Source: Actinomycetota bacterium
GTDB lineage: Bacteria; Actinomycetota; CADDZG01; JAHWKV01
NCBI GenBank assembly: GCA_051005875.1
Contig: JBPCIX010000077.1
Coordinates: 9,537 to 73,536, forward strand
DNA length: 64,000 nucleotides
Direction of reading: 5' to 3'
Shown piece after piece: positions 47,035 through 56,304 of the stretch. Both the position numbers and the translations under genes were made by a program. Under the pieces are notes generated by a model, which worked only from the letters and a program-made list of their open reading frames with translations, did no database searches and was not told the origin of the DNA. Position 1 is the stretch's first letter. Each line of letters begins with the position of its first letter.

Positions 47035-48321
47035 ATGTCATTAATGCCCCCTCCGGTAAGAAACGTGCCGGCGCCAAAGCACCGCCCCGACCGGCCTTCC
47101 AGGTTAAGGCCTTCCAGGTTAAGGCCACCCAGGTTAAGGCCAGGCGGAGTGGGACGAGGCCCCGGGAAGCACTCTTACCGCCCGCCTGCCAAGCGGCCCG
47201 GCCATGGGCGCTGGTGGCTCAGCCGCGCTAGACATTTTCTCGGCCGTCTGGATCTTGAAAGGGCTAGACGATCCTTCGCCCGGGCAAACGAAGGGCCTGC
47301 TTGGATTCGAATAGCTCGTGTGGCCATCGTCACTTCCGTTCCTGTTGGGTTGGCCGCGTTGCCCACGGCGACTTATGACCCTAAACCTCCAACGACAGTT
47401 TCAGTTTCCGGGAAGTTGGTTTTGCTGCCGCCTCAAGTAACGCTGTCATCGGCCTTCAAGCAATTGGGTGGCGGCCCGCAACCAGGCCGAATCATGAGCG
47501 TGCTCGGAAACCCCCTGGGTCCGGCCGACACATCGCCGATCGTAAGGCTGAACGGCAACCCAACATTGCCTTCAATTCAACTTCGAAACGGTGACCGCCT
47601 GGAATTCCAAAATGGCGCAGATAAACCAGAGCCGGCCGTTCAGGAAACCTATGCGCAAGCAGAAGGAAATCCTCAGTTCTTAATCGGCAGCGGGAGTGTG
47701 ACTGTGCTGAGAGGCACCTTGTCGGGTCAAATCCAAACGCTCGCATCCACCCCGGGGACCGGCGCCCCCCAGGTGGCATTGACCTTCGATGATGGTCCAA
47801 GCCCCCTGTACACGCCTGCGATCCTAGACATCTTGCGAAATGCTGGAGTAAAGGCGACTTTCTTTCCATTGGGAAGAACGGCTTCGCGAAACCCAGACCT
47901 TGTTCGGCGCCTAGTCGCCGAAGGCATGCACATCGGCAATCACAGCTGGGACCATCCCGTACTGACCAACAAGCCGGCCAAATTCGTAATCGATCAGCTA
48001 AAAAGGTCCGAAGATACGCTCAGCGCGCTCGGGGCTTCGGTAAGTGTTTTTCGACCCCCCTTCGGTAGCTTTCAGCCTTCCACCCTCAAAACCGCGGAAT
48101 CCCTCCACCTGAAGACGGTGATTTGGAGCGTGGACTCACTCGATTGGAAAAAGACCGGAACGGAGCAAATCGTTGACCGCGTTCTTTCATTGGTGCGACC
48201 GGGTTCGATAATTCTCCTTCACGACGGTGGCGGAAACAGAAGTCAGACAGTAGCTGCCCTCCCACAAATAATCTCAACCCTTAAAGCGCGCGGCTACCAA
48301 TTCGCCCTCTTGGGAGGCTAA
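47035..48321 (+). CDS. Polysaccharide deacetylase (CE4/NodB-homology) with N-terminal membrane anchor
   Basis: LTFDDGP, HSWDHP and LLHDGG NodB motifs; TM helix (VAIVTSVPVGLAAL). The basic N-terminal tail carries an RPSRL x3 repeat. Confidence 0.8.
   Translation: MSLMPPPVRNVPAPKHRPDRPSRLRPSRLRPPRLRPGGVGRGPGKHSYRPPAKRPGHGRWWLSRARHFLGRLDLERARRSFARANEGPAWIRIARVAIVTSVPVGLAALPTATYDPKPPTTVSVSGKLVLLPPQVTLSSAFKQLGGGPQPGRIMSVLGNPLGPADTSPIVRLNGNPTLPSIQLRNGDRLEFQNGADKPEPAVQETYAQAEGNPQFLIGSGSVTVLRGTLSGQIQTLASTPGTGAPQVALTFDDGPSPLYTPAILDILRNAGVKATFFPLGRTASRNPDLVRRLVAEGMHIGNHSWDHPVLTNKPAKFVIDQLKRSEDTLSALGASVSVFRPPFGSFQPSTLKTAESLHLKTVIWSVDSLDWKKTGTEQIVDRVLSLVRPGSIILLHDGGGNRSQTVAALPQIISTLKARGYQFALLGG
47095..47139. 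repeat. 15-bp x3 tandem repeat (ccttccaggttaagg) in the deacetylase 5' coding region
   Basis: Three copies (the third is ccacccaggttaagg) encoding RPSRL-RPSRL-RPPRL. Confidence 0.85.
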
Positions 48322-48353
48322 AGCTTGGGAGGCTAAAGCTTGGGACGCTAAAA
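48309..48353. repeat. 15-bp x3 tandem repeat (cttgggaggctaaag) spanning the deacetylase stop codon
   Basis: Copy 1 contains the TAA stop; copies 2 and 3 add in-frame TAAs at 48334 and 48349. Confidence 0.85.
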
Positions 48354-48382
48354 CCGAAGAACCCAAAAGGGACGGGCCGTAC

Positions 48383-50164
48383 TTACAGATACTGCCCCGT
48401 CTTGACCTGCTCAATCGAGCGGGGGTCGCCCTTCTTGTGTTCCCCAACCAGGGTTCTCACATAGACGATTCGCTCCCCCTTCTTACCTGAAATTCGAGCC
48501 CAATCATCGGGGTTGGTTGTGTTGGGCAAATCCTCATTCTCGTGGTACTCCTGATGAATCGACTCGATGAGGTCCTCGGCCACTATTCCACGGCTGCCGT
48601 CTGCGATTGAGCGCTTAATCGCCATTTTCTTCGCCCTTCGAACTATGTTCTCGATCATTGCCCCGGACGCGAAGTCTTTGAAGTACAGAACTTCTTTGTC
48701 GCCGTTGGCGTAGGTGACTTCGAGGAATCGGTTCTGGTCATTCACCGAGTACATCTCTTCAACCGTCAACCCGATCATGTAGTCGATAGTCTGGCGAAGA
48801 TCGCCGTCGCCGTTTGCCAGCTGCGATTCATTTATTGGAGTTTCAACAGTTAGGTACTTCGAGAAAATGGCCTTGGCGGACTCATAATCAGGGCGTTCGA
48901 CCTTGATCTTGACGTCAAGCCTGCCGGGGCGAAGGATGGCCGGGTCGATGAGGTCCTCGCGGTTCGAGGCGCCGATCACCATGACATTTTTCAACGACTC
49001 CACCCCGTCGAGTTCTGACAAAAGCTGCGGCACGATGGTCGTTTCCACATCACTTGAAATGCCGGAGCCCCTGGTGCGAAAAAGCGACTCCATTTCATCG
49101 AAAAACACAATCACCGGAACCCCTTCGGTCGACTTTTCCTTGGCCCGCTGAAAAATCATGCGGATTTGCCGTTCGGTTTCGCCGACGTATTTGTTGAGCA
49201 GTTCCGGACCTTTGACGTTGAGGAAATAGGCGCGAATGTCATCGCGCCCGGTCAATTCTTGCGTGCGCTTGGCCAGCGAGTTGGCCACAGCCTTTGCGAT
49301 CAAGGTCTTGCCGCACCCCGGCGGACCGTAAAGCAAAACACCCTTGGTGGGAGGCAATTGGTACTCGTGAAAAAGATCGGCGTGCAGGAAGGGAAGCTCC
49401 ACAGCGTCTCTGAGGGCCTCGATTTGAGCATCCAATCCCCCGATGGCTGTGTAGTCAATGTCGGGGACCTCTTCCAGAATCAGTTCCTCAACCTCGGGCT
49501 TGGGAAGCTTCTCCAACAGGTACCCGGATTTAGCATCCAGTAGAACGCTGTCGCCTGCGTGAAGCACCTCGTCCATGATTTGAGCAGAAAGGTGGACCAC
49601 CTTTTCTTCGTCGGCGTGATTAACCACCAAGGCGCGATCGCTGTCAAGCAACTCCTTCAAAAGCGCCACTTCCCCCTGCTTTTCGTAGTCCAGCGACTCG
49701 ACGACGTTCAGGGCCTCGTTCAGCATAACTTCTTGACCCTTGAACATATCGGCGGTATCAACCTCCGGCGAGACATTCACACGGAGCTTACGACCACCGG
49801 TGAATACATTCACGGTGCCGTCTTCATTCAAGTTCAAGAAGACCCCGTAGCCAGACGGAGGCATGGATAGTTTTTCAACTTCCTCGCGCAGGCTCACCAG
49901 CTGCTCGCGCGCTTCCTTCAAAAGCGAGGTCATCCGCTCGCCCTGGTCATGCGAGCGTGACGATTCGTGGCGAGCCTGAAGAAGTTGGTCCTCCAGTTTG
50001 CGAATCTTAAGCGGAGTGTCGGCCAGGCGGCTTCTAAGAAGGGCCGATTCCTGCTCGAGCTCTTTGATTTGCATCTGCAGCTCGCCGACCTCTTGTTCAA
50101 AATCGGCGATTCTGCGCTCGAATTCAGCTGATCCGCGCATTTTCGGTGCCTCCCACTGAGTCAA
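48383..50164 (-). CDS. arc: Proteasome-associated AAA ATPase (ARC/Mpa)
   Basis: N-terminal coiled coil, AAA+ GPPGCGKT, and C-terminal ...GQYL tail. Confidence 0.95.
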   Translation of the reverse strand: MTQWEAPKMRGSAEFERRIADFEQEVGELQMQIKELEQESALLRSRLADTPLKIRKLEDQLLQARHESSRSHDQGERMTSLLKEAREQLVSLREEVEKLSMPPSGYGVFLNLNEDGTVNVFTGGRKLRVNVSPEVDTADMFKGQEVMLNEALNVVESLDYEKQGEVALLKELLDSDRALVVNHADEEKVVHLSAQIMDEVLHAGDSVLLDAKSGYLLEKLPKPEVEELILEEVPDIDYTAIGGLDAQIEALRDAVELPFLHADLFHEYQLPPTKGVLLYGPPGCGKTLIAKAVANSLAKRTQELTGRDDIRAYFLNVKGPELLNKYVGETERQIRMIFQRAKEKSTEGVPVIVFFDEMESLFRTRGSGISSDVETTIVPQLLSELDGVESLKNVMVIGASNREDLIDPAILRPGRLDVKIKVERPDYESAKAIFSKYLTVETPINESQLANGDGDLRQTIDYMIGLTVEEMYSVNDQNRFLEVTYANGDKEVLYFKDFASGAMIENIVRRAKKMAIKRSIADGSRGIVAEDLIESIHQEYHENEDLPNTTNPDDWARISGKKGERIVYVRTLVGEHKKGDPRSIEQVKTGQYL

Positions 50165-50218
50165 GTCTCCAAGTATAAGTTCGTTACGCCCGCTTGCCTG
50201 TCTTTCTTTTCGGCGAAT

Positions 50219-51073
50219 TTATTCTCCAGGCGTACTATCGGCGGTTGCTTCTGCTTGCATAAGCCTTGCCGAAGTGAGGAAACCAGTATGAGCCACCATC
50301 CGATGGTCCGGCCTTACAGATTGGCCCTCGACATGCCAGGTTCTGGTGAGATTTTCAAGAGTCAGGATGCAGGTCCACGGGCGTAGCTTCAAGTGTTCCA
50401 CAAGCTTGCTCACCTGCAGAATCGTAGGCAGGTAAAAAAGAGCGATCCCGCCCGGGCTGAGGGCGACCTCCACCTGCGGGAGAGCCCTCCAGGGCTCCGG
50501 AAGGTCCAGGACCACCCTGTCAACCTCCATCTGGTCGATAGGCTCATAGAGACTGCCAACTCGGACATCGAAATTCTCCGCCTTGCCCATGAAGCTGTGA
50601 ATATTGGCCAGGGCCGTCTCGATGAAGTCTTCTCTTAGATCGAAGGCGCAAACACTCCCCTGCTCCCCGACGGCTCTGAGCAATGCGATAGTCAAAGCGC
50701 CCGACCCCACGCCGGCCTCAAGGACTCTCGCTCCCGGATAGATGTCCGCATGCATCAGGATCATGGCGGCGTCTTTTGGATATATGACCTGGGCGCCCCT
50801 GGGCATCTTTAAGACGAAGTCCGCGTAGGTTGGCCGAAAAACCTGCACGGGCTCATGGCCGGTCGAATTGATCGTTCGCCCCTCAGGCAAGCCGATGATT
50901 GCCTCGTGCTCGATGATACCGCGGTGAAAGTGAAAGGATCCGCCGGTTTGTAGGGTTATGAGGTACCTTCGTCCCTTTGAATCCGTAAGAAGGGCTTTGT
51001 CGCCCGCCTGAAATTCCCCTGCCCGGAACACCATTGCCTGAGCATAGCCTCGCGCCGGGAGTACGGCGCACAA
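50219..51073 (-). CDS. trmI: tRNA (adenine58-N1)-methyltransferase
   Basis: [26 protein letters not shown]...[15 protein letters not shown]-MTase motifs. Classic neighbour of arc/mpa. Confidence 0.85.
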   Translation of the reverse strand: MCAVLPARGYAQAMVFRAGEFQAGDKALLTDSKGRRYLITLQTGGSFHFHRGIIEHEAIIGLPEGRTINSTGHEPVQVFRPTYADFVLKMPRGAQVIYPKDAAMILMHADIYPGARVLEAGVGSGALTIALLRAVGEQGSVCAFDLREDFIETALANIHSFMGKAENFDVRVGSLYEPIDQMEVDRVVLDLPEPWRALPQVEVALSPGGIALFYLPTILQVSKLVEHLKLRPWTCILTLENLTRTWHVEGQSVRPDHRMVAHTGFLTSARLMQAEATADSTPGE

Positions 51074-51084
51074 TTAACCGACTC

Positions 51085-51111
51085 GTAACAGTCTTGAGAC
51101 GACCCCGAAAC
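51085..51111 (+). promoter_or_regulatory. Candidate GlnR-type box upstream of glnA
   Basis: GTAAC-n6-GAGAC-n6-GAAAC about 90 bp upstream of the glnA ATG resembles the actinobacterial GlnR motif gTnAc-n6-GaAAc. Confidence 0.3.
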
Positions 51112-51201
51112 ATCCACAAATTACCGTTCCGTCTGCACGCGAGAGCGCAGAAGTCTTTACAATTCCAAAAAACCGATAAATTCCCTTACAGGAGGACAAC
51201 G

Positions 51202-52632
51202 ATGGCCGAGCCCCTAAGCACCCCGAAACAGGTAGTCGATCTGGTAGCCAAAGAAGGCGTCGAGATGGTCGACCTCAGATTCTGCGATCTTCCGGGGCTA
51301 ATGCAGCACTTCACGATGACCCCGGAACAGTTCACGGTCAAAGGGTTCAAGGAGGGCTACGGGTTCGACGGGTCTTCAATCCGGGGGTTCCAGAAAATCC
51401 ATGAGTCCGACATGCTGCTGTTTCCCGACCCGGCCACCGCCTTCATAGACCCCTTCCGAACCCACAAGACGCTTGTAATCAATTGCTTCATCGGCGACCC
51501 GGTCACCGGCGAGTCCTATTCACGTGACCCGCGCCACATTGCGAAAAAGGCTGAAGATTTTCTTGCTTCGAGCGGTGTCGCGACCCATTCTTTCTGGGGA
51601 CCTGAGGCCGAGTTCTACATTTTTGACGACGTCCGCTTTGACCAAACGCACAACTCCGGCTACTACTACGTAGATTCCGACGAAGGCATTTGGAACTCCG
51701 GCCGCGTCGAAGAAGGCGGCAACAAGGGCTACAAGCCCAGGTACAAAGAAGGCTACTTCCCGATTCCCCCGATGGACAGCCACCAGGACCTACGAAGCGA
51801 AATGGTGATCAACCTGCGCAAGGTGGGTATCGACGTTGAAGTGCATCACCACGAGGTAGGCACCGCGGGCCAGGCCGAAATCGATATGGGTTTCGGGCCG
51901 CTGATGAAGATGGCCGATGCCATCATGAAATACAAGTACGTGGTGAAGTCCACGGCGCTTCAGGCAGGCAAAACGGTCACATTCATGCCCAAACCCATCT
52001 TCGAAGACAACGGCTCGGGCATGCACGTTCACCAGAGCCTGTGGAACGACGACAAGCCCCTATTTTTTGGTGAGGGCTATGCCGGACTTTCTGATATGGC
52101 TCGTTGGTACATCGGCGGCTTGCTCGAGCATGCCCCGGCGCTTTTGGCTCTGTGTGCTCCGACAACTAACTCGTACCGGCGGCTGGTGCCCGGCTTCGAG
52201 GCCCCGGTTAATCTGGTTTACTCGCAGCGGAACCGCTCGGCTGCAGTTCGCATCCCGCTCTACTCGAATTCCCCCAAAGCAAAGCGGATCGAATTCAGGT
52301 GCCCCGACCCATCGTGCAATCCGTACCTGGCGTTCTCGGCAATGCTGATGGCTGGTCTAGACGGCATCAAGCGCAACATCGAACCCCGCGAGCCCGTAAG
52401 CCGGGACATGTACGAGTTGGGCACCGACGAAGCAGCCCAGGTGCCACAGGTGCCCGCTGATCTCGGAGAAGCCCTGGATGCGTTGGAGAAGGATCACGAT
52501 TTCCTACTGCAAGGCGGAGTCTTCACCAGCGACTTAATTGAGACCTGGATTGACTTCAAAAGGGACAGCGAAATCACAGAAGTAAATCTGCGTCCCCACC
52601 CATGGGAATTTCACCTATATTACGATATTTAG
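51202..52632 (+). CDS. glnA: Glutamine synthetase type I
   Basis: GS-I N-terminus ([13 protein letters not shown]) and catalytic-region motifs ([16 protein letters not shown]). aggagga RBS 5 nt before the ATG at 51202. Confidence 0.95.
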   Translation: MAEPLSTPKQVVDLVAKEGVEMVDLRFCDLPGLMQHFTMTPEQFTVKGFKEGYGFDGSSIRGFQKIHESDMLLFPDPATAFIDPFRTHKTLVINCFIGDPVTGESYSRDPRHIAKKAEDFLASSGVATHSFWGPEAEFYIFDDVRFDQTHNSGYYYVDSDEGIWNSGRVEEGGNKGYKPRYKEGYFPIPPMDSHQDLRSEMVINLRKVGIDVEVHHHEVGTAGQAEIDMGFGPLMKMADAIMKYKYVVKSTALQAGKTVTFMPKPIFEDNGSGMHVHQSLWNDDKPLFFGEGYAGLSDMARWYIGGLLEHAPALLALCAPTTNSYRRLVPGFEAPVNLVYSQRNRSAAVRIPLYSNSPKAKRIEFRCPDPSCNPYLAFSAMLMAGLDGIKRNIEPREPVSRDMYELGTDEAAQVPQVPADLGEALDALEKDHDFLLQGGVFTSDLIETWIDFKRDSEITEVNLRPHPWEFHLYYDI

Positions 52633-52640
52633 GGTCGGGG

Positions 52641-52670
52641 CCGAACCTAAACACTCCGAACCTAAACACA
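52641..52670. repeat. 15-bp x2 tandem repeat (ccgaacctaaacact) downstream of the glnA stop
   Basis: Two copies, each with a TAA in frame with glnA (52648, 52663). Confidence 0.8.
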
Positions 52671-52678
52671 CTGGTGGG

Positions 52679-54361
52679 TTAATACTGCTTGTAGTGATTG
52701 GTTATCGGTAGGCGGCGGTCTTTGCCGAAGGCTCTTTGAGTGATCTTTATTCCGGGAGCGGCCTGACGACGCTTATATTCGGCTTTGTCGACCATCTCTA
52801 TTACGCGGCCTACTGTTTCGGGATCGAATCCTAAGGCCACGATCTGTTTGCCTGACAGGTCTTGCTCTACGTAGGCTTCGAGAATCGGGTCGAGGACGTC
52901 GTAGGGCGGCAGCGAGTCGGTGTCGAGCTGATCGGGCCGCAGTTCCGCCGTCGGGGGGCGATCAATTATTGATTCCGGAATAGCGCGCCCATGTTGGTTT
53001 CGGAAGCGGGCCAGTTTGTAAACGAGGGTTTTCGGGACATCCTTCAGCACCGCAAAGCCCCCCGCCATATCTCCGTACAATGTGGCGTACCCCACTGACA
53101 GCTCCGACTTGTTTCCCGTCGAAAGCACCATCCGGCCGGTCTTGTTTGAGACGGCCATCCATAGCAGCCCTCTGATGCGAGCCTGAACGTTCTCTTCTGC
53201 AAGGCCAATTTCCGTCTTGCGGAACATCCTCGCCAGGGTCTCGGTTATCACCTCGAAGGCAAGCTTGATAGGCAAGGTCTCGAGCCGGATCCCGAGGTTG
53301 TCTGCAAGCTTGGTCGCATCACGCATGCTTTGACCGGATGTGAATTCGCTCGGGTTCGAGATACCCAGGACACTTCGCGGACCAAGAGCGTCGACCGCGA
53401 TTGCTGCAGTGAGGGCCGAATCTATTCCCCCGGATAGACCGATGAGGACCTTATCGAATCCATTCTTGCCGATGTAGTCACGGACACCCAGAACCAGCGC
53501 TTGATACACCTCGGCGTCTTCGTCCAACTCTGCCGCAATCGCTGCCCTGACACTTGAGCGCTCGGGATCTTTAGAAACTCCCAGGTCGGCGATCCGGCCT
53601 TCGGGGGGCGCCTTGTCTTTCGGAGCATCCTCAGGCAGCTCAATATCCAAAACCAACAGTTCTTCTTGAAACTGAGCGGCCCTGGCAAGAAGCTCTCCGC
53701 GATGATCGCAGACGAAAGAGCTCCCATCAAAAACCAACTCATCCTGGCCCCCAACAAGGTTTACGTAGGCGATAGTGATGTCATTTTCCATGGCCCTCTC
53801 GCGAACCAGTTCCTGGCGCTTACGGCCCTTGCCGACGTGGTAGGGGGATGCATTCAAATTGATTACCAACGAAGCGCCTGCTTTGGCGCAGTCGGAATGG
53901 GGACCATCAGCAGACCAGATGTCCTCGCAAATCGTTACACCGAACAGGCCTCGGTTGAATTCGGCCAGAAGGATTGACTTTCCCGGTTTGAAGTACCTTT
54001 CCTCGTCAAAGACTCCGTAGTTGGGCAGAATCTGCTTGCGATAAATACCCCTTACCTGTTGGTCGGCAACAATTGCGGCGGCGTTGAAGATGCTCATGGG
54101 GCCGTCGGAATCAACGAAACCAACAATCGCCACGATCCCCTCGATCTCAGCAGCCAAGGCGTTCAAAGCCCGTTGGTTGTCCTCGATGAACCCCCGCTTC
54201 AGCAGAAGGTCCTCCGGCGGGTACCCGGTCAGGGCAAGCTCAGGAAAGCACACAACGTCCGCACCTGCATCTTTAGCAGCGGCCAAGGACTTTAGGATTA
54301 CGTCCCGATTTTCGTCGAGACCGCCAACCACGGAGTTGATTTGAGCAAGAGCTAACCGCAT
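52679..54361 (-). CDS. nadE: Glutamine-dependent NAD+ synthetase
   Basis: N-terminal CN-hydrolase domain (VCFPELALTGY) plus C-terminal NAD synthetase domain (GLSGGIDS). Confidence 0.95.
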   Translation of the reverse strand: MRLALAQINSVVGGLDENRDVILKSLAAAKDAGADVVCFPELALTGYPPEDLLLKRGFIEDNQRALNALAAEIEGIVAIVGFVDSDGPMSIFNAAAIVADQQVRGIYRKQILPNYGVFDEERYFKPGKSILLAEFNRGLFGVTICEDIWSADGPHSDCAKAGASLVINLNASPYHVGKGRKRQELVRERAMENDITIAYVNLVGGQDELVFDGSSFVCDHRGELLARAAQFQEELLVLDIELPEDAPKDKAPPEGRIADLGVSKDPERSSVRAAIAAELDEDAEVYQALVLGVRDYIGKNGFDKVLIGLSGGIDSALTAAIAVDALGPRSVLGISNPSEFTSGQSMRDATKLADNLGIRLETLPIKLAFEVITETLARMFRKTEIGLAEENVQARIRGLLWMAVSNKTGRMVLSTGNKSELSVGYATLYGDMAGGFAVLKDVPKTLVYKLARFRNQHGRAIPESIIDRPPTAELRPDQLDTDSLPPYDVLDPILEAYVEQDLSGKQIVALGFDPETVGRVIEMVDKAEYKRRQAAPGIKITQRAFGKDRRLPITNHYKQY

Positions 54362-54588
54362 AACGCACCAAGCCTAGCCGGAGTTTCTTGGACCTGAGCC
54401 CTCTTCACTGTGTTTGCTCATTGGTGACCGCTCACCATCGCAAGCTTTTGCGGTGCCACTGGAGGTCATCGATGAGGCGGTAAACCTGATTGAAACCGGC
54501 GCAATCACGAATCATGAGTACGACCTAGACTGGCCGGCGGTCACGGCGAGCTGGCACCTCTATAATCGACCATTGCCTCAAGCATTCG

Positions 54589-54674
54589 GTCGGAGTGGCG
54601 GAACTTGGTAGACGCGCTAGGTTGAGGGCCTAGTGGGCGCATAGCCCATAGGGGTTCAAATCCCCTCTCCGACA
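54589..54674 (+). tRNA. tRNA-Leu (anticodon GAG)
   Basis: Acceptor GTCGGAG/CTCCGAC, anticodon stem CTAGG/CCTAG with loop TTGAGGG, long variable arm, T-arm AGGGG-TTCAAAT-CCCCT. Confidence 0.85.
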
Positions 54675-54705
54675 CTCTCCCCTCTCCGACACTCCCCTCT
54701 CCGAC
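54662..54705. repeat. Triplication of the tRNA-Leu 3' end (cccctctccgac) in tandem
   Basis: cccctctccgac occurs at 54662 (inside the tRNA), 54679 and 54694, with periods of 17 and 15 bp. Confidence 0.85.
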
Positions 54706-54735
54706 GCCATCCGGGCACTTGGTCGCTGCCTAAAA

Positions 54736-56304
54736 TCAGGGCTCAATCTCGAACCGGCTCACTTGAAAACCGCCGAGCCTGTCTACGTAGAAGTTTTTCA
54801 CTTTCGCGGATGCCGCATAGTGGTTGCGAAAGTGGCCGATAGGGATCATCGACAGATCCTCCAGGTTCTTTTTCTCGAGCTGTTGATATAGCTGCAGCCT
54901 CGTCTTGGGATTTGGCTCGGATCGAGCCTTCACTATTAGCTCGTCTACGTCCGGCCTGGAGAACCCGGTGTAGTTATCTTGCGAGCCCGTCCGAAACATC
55001 GGAGCGACGAACCAATCGGCGCGCGGATAATCGGCGGCCCAACCCAGTCGAAAGATGTCGTGGCCTTTTTCGTCGAGCTTGCGGTAAAGGCCGGGCAGAT
55101 CAGCCGGTTGGGGCACAATCGACAAACCTGCCTCAGCCAGATCAGTTTGAATCGCCTTTACGAACTCGTCCTGAGGCCCCCCCGCCTGATAGTCAAAGCC
55201 TGCCGGGAGCACTCCCCCGGCAGGGTAGACCTGAGCAATCAACGCCTTGGCCCCGCCGGGATCGTATCGGCAGTAGTCGCCGCATGCGCTGGGCGCCCCG
55301 TGGAGCCCCGGTGGCGTCAGCCCCGTCGCCGGCACAAGCACGTTGTCATAAATTTCGTGAGCAATTGAAGGCCGGTTGATAGCCAGGCTCACGGCTCGCC
55401 TTATCCTGATATCGGGAAATTTGGCGACGTTGAATCCGATATAGATGCCCGCCGCGACCGGCGAAAACCCCGCTTTTCCGTATTTGGCCTCGGCTGAGGC
55501 GATGCTACCGGGCGGCGCTTCCGCTATGTCAATAAGGCCCGACTCAAAATCTCGCCAGGCCGAGGACGCCTGGTCGTAAACAAGAAAAGCAATTGACGCT
55601 ATCGAGGGTTTCTTGCCACGGTAGCCGTCGAATCGTCCCAACACAAAATCTCCGCCGGCGGGATTTGCCGCTTTTACTTTGTACGGCCCCAGGCCGATGG
55701 GGGTCCTTCGGAATGTCTCAGGATTGGCCAAAAATTCGGCTTGTGGGACAGGCGTCGTAGCCGGATTTGTGAGCACATAAGGAAACTCGAACCACGGAGC
55801 GATCAGTCGGAACTCGACCGCGTCGTCGCCGATTGTCCTTATCCCCTCTAACTCTGCTGCTGTTCCGGCTTTGTTGACCGCTTCGTAGCCGGCTACCTGA
55901 TCTAGAAGATAAGCGACCTCGGAACCTGTGTCGCGCTGCGCTAGACGGTTTAACGAAAACCGAACATCTTCTGCCAATAGGGCCCGGCCATTGTGGAACT
56001 TAACGCCCGGCCTCAGATGAAAAATGAATCGCGAGCCGTTGTCGAGAGTCTCCCAACGGTCCGCCAACGCCGGGGCCAATGCGAGCGTTTTGGGATCGAA
56101 CGTGACCAGGGTTTCGAAGACTTGGCGGGCTACAAGAATTGCCGCCGGATCATTCAGATGGGCCGGATCCAATGAAGATGGCTGCTTGACGGCTATACGG
56201 ATCTGCGCATCGGAGGACGGCTCTGGCGCCCTTCGCCCCGCCACGGCGCATGAAGAAACTAAAACCAAAACTGCGGCAAGCGCAGCCGGTGATGAGTGAC
56301 GCAC
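54736..56304 (-). CDS. ABC-transporter solute-binding protein, family 5 (peptide/nickel/opine-type), lipoprotein
   Basis: Lipobox-like signal (VLVSSCAV) and SBP_bac_5 core; paralog 1 of 3. Confidence 0.85.
   Translation of the reverse strand: MRHSSPAALAAVLVLVSSCAVAGRRAPEPSSDAQIRIAVKQPSSLDPAHLNDPAAILVARQVFETLVTFDPKTLALAPALADRWETLDNGSRFIFHLRPGVKFHNGRALLAEDVRFSLNRLAQRDTGSEVAYLLDQVAGYEAVNKAGTAAELEGIRTIGDDAVEFRLIAPWFEFPYVLTNPATTPVPQAEFLANPETFRRTPIGLGPYKVKAANPAGGDFVLGRFDGYRGKKPSIASIAFLVYDQASSAWRDFESGLIDIAEAPPGSIASAEAKYGKAGFSPVAAGIYIGFNVAKFPDIRIRRAVSLAINRPSIAHEIYDNVLVPATGLTPPGLHGAPSACGDYCRYDPGGAKALIAQVYPAGGVLPAGFDYQAGGPQDEFVKAIQTDLAEAGLSIVPQPADLPGLYRKLDEKGHDIFRLGWAADYPRADWFVAPMFRTGSQDNYTGFSRPDVDELIVKARSEPNPKTRLQLYQQLEKKNLEDLSMIPIGHFRNHYAASAKVKNFYVDRLGGFQVSRFEIEP

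Noticed and set aside
54414-54611. 65-aa ORF in the 227-bp spacer between nadE and tRNA-Leu
   Set aside because: No motif and no ribosome-binding site, and it overlaps the tRNA 5' end; likely non-coding leader or promoter DNA for the tRNA.
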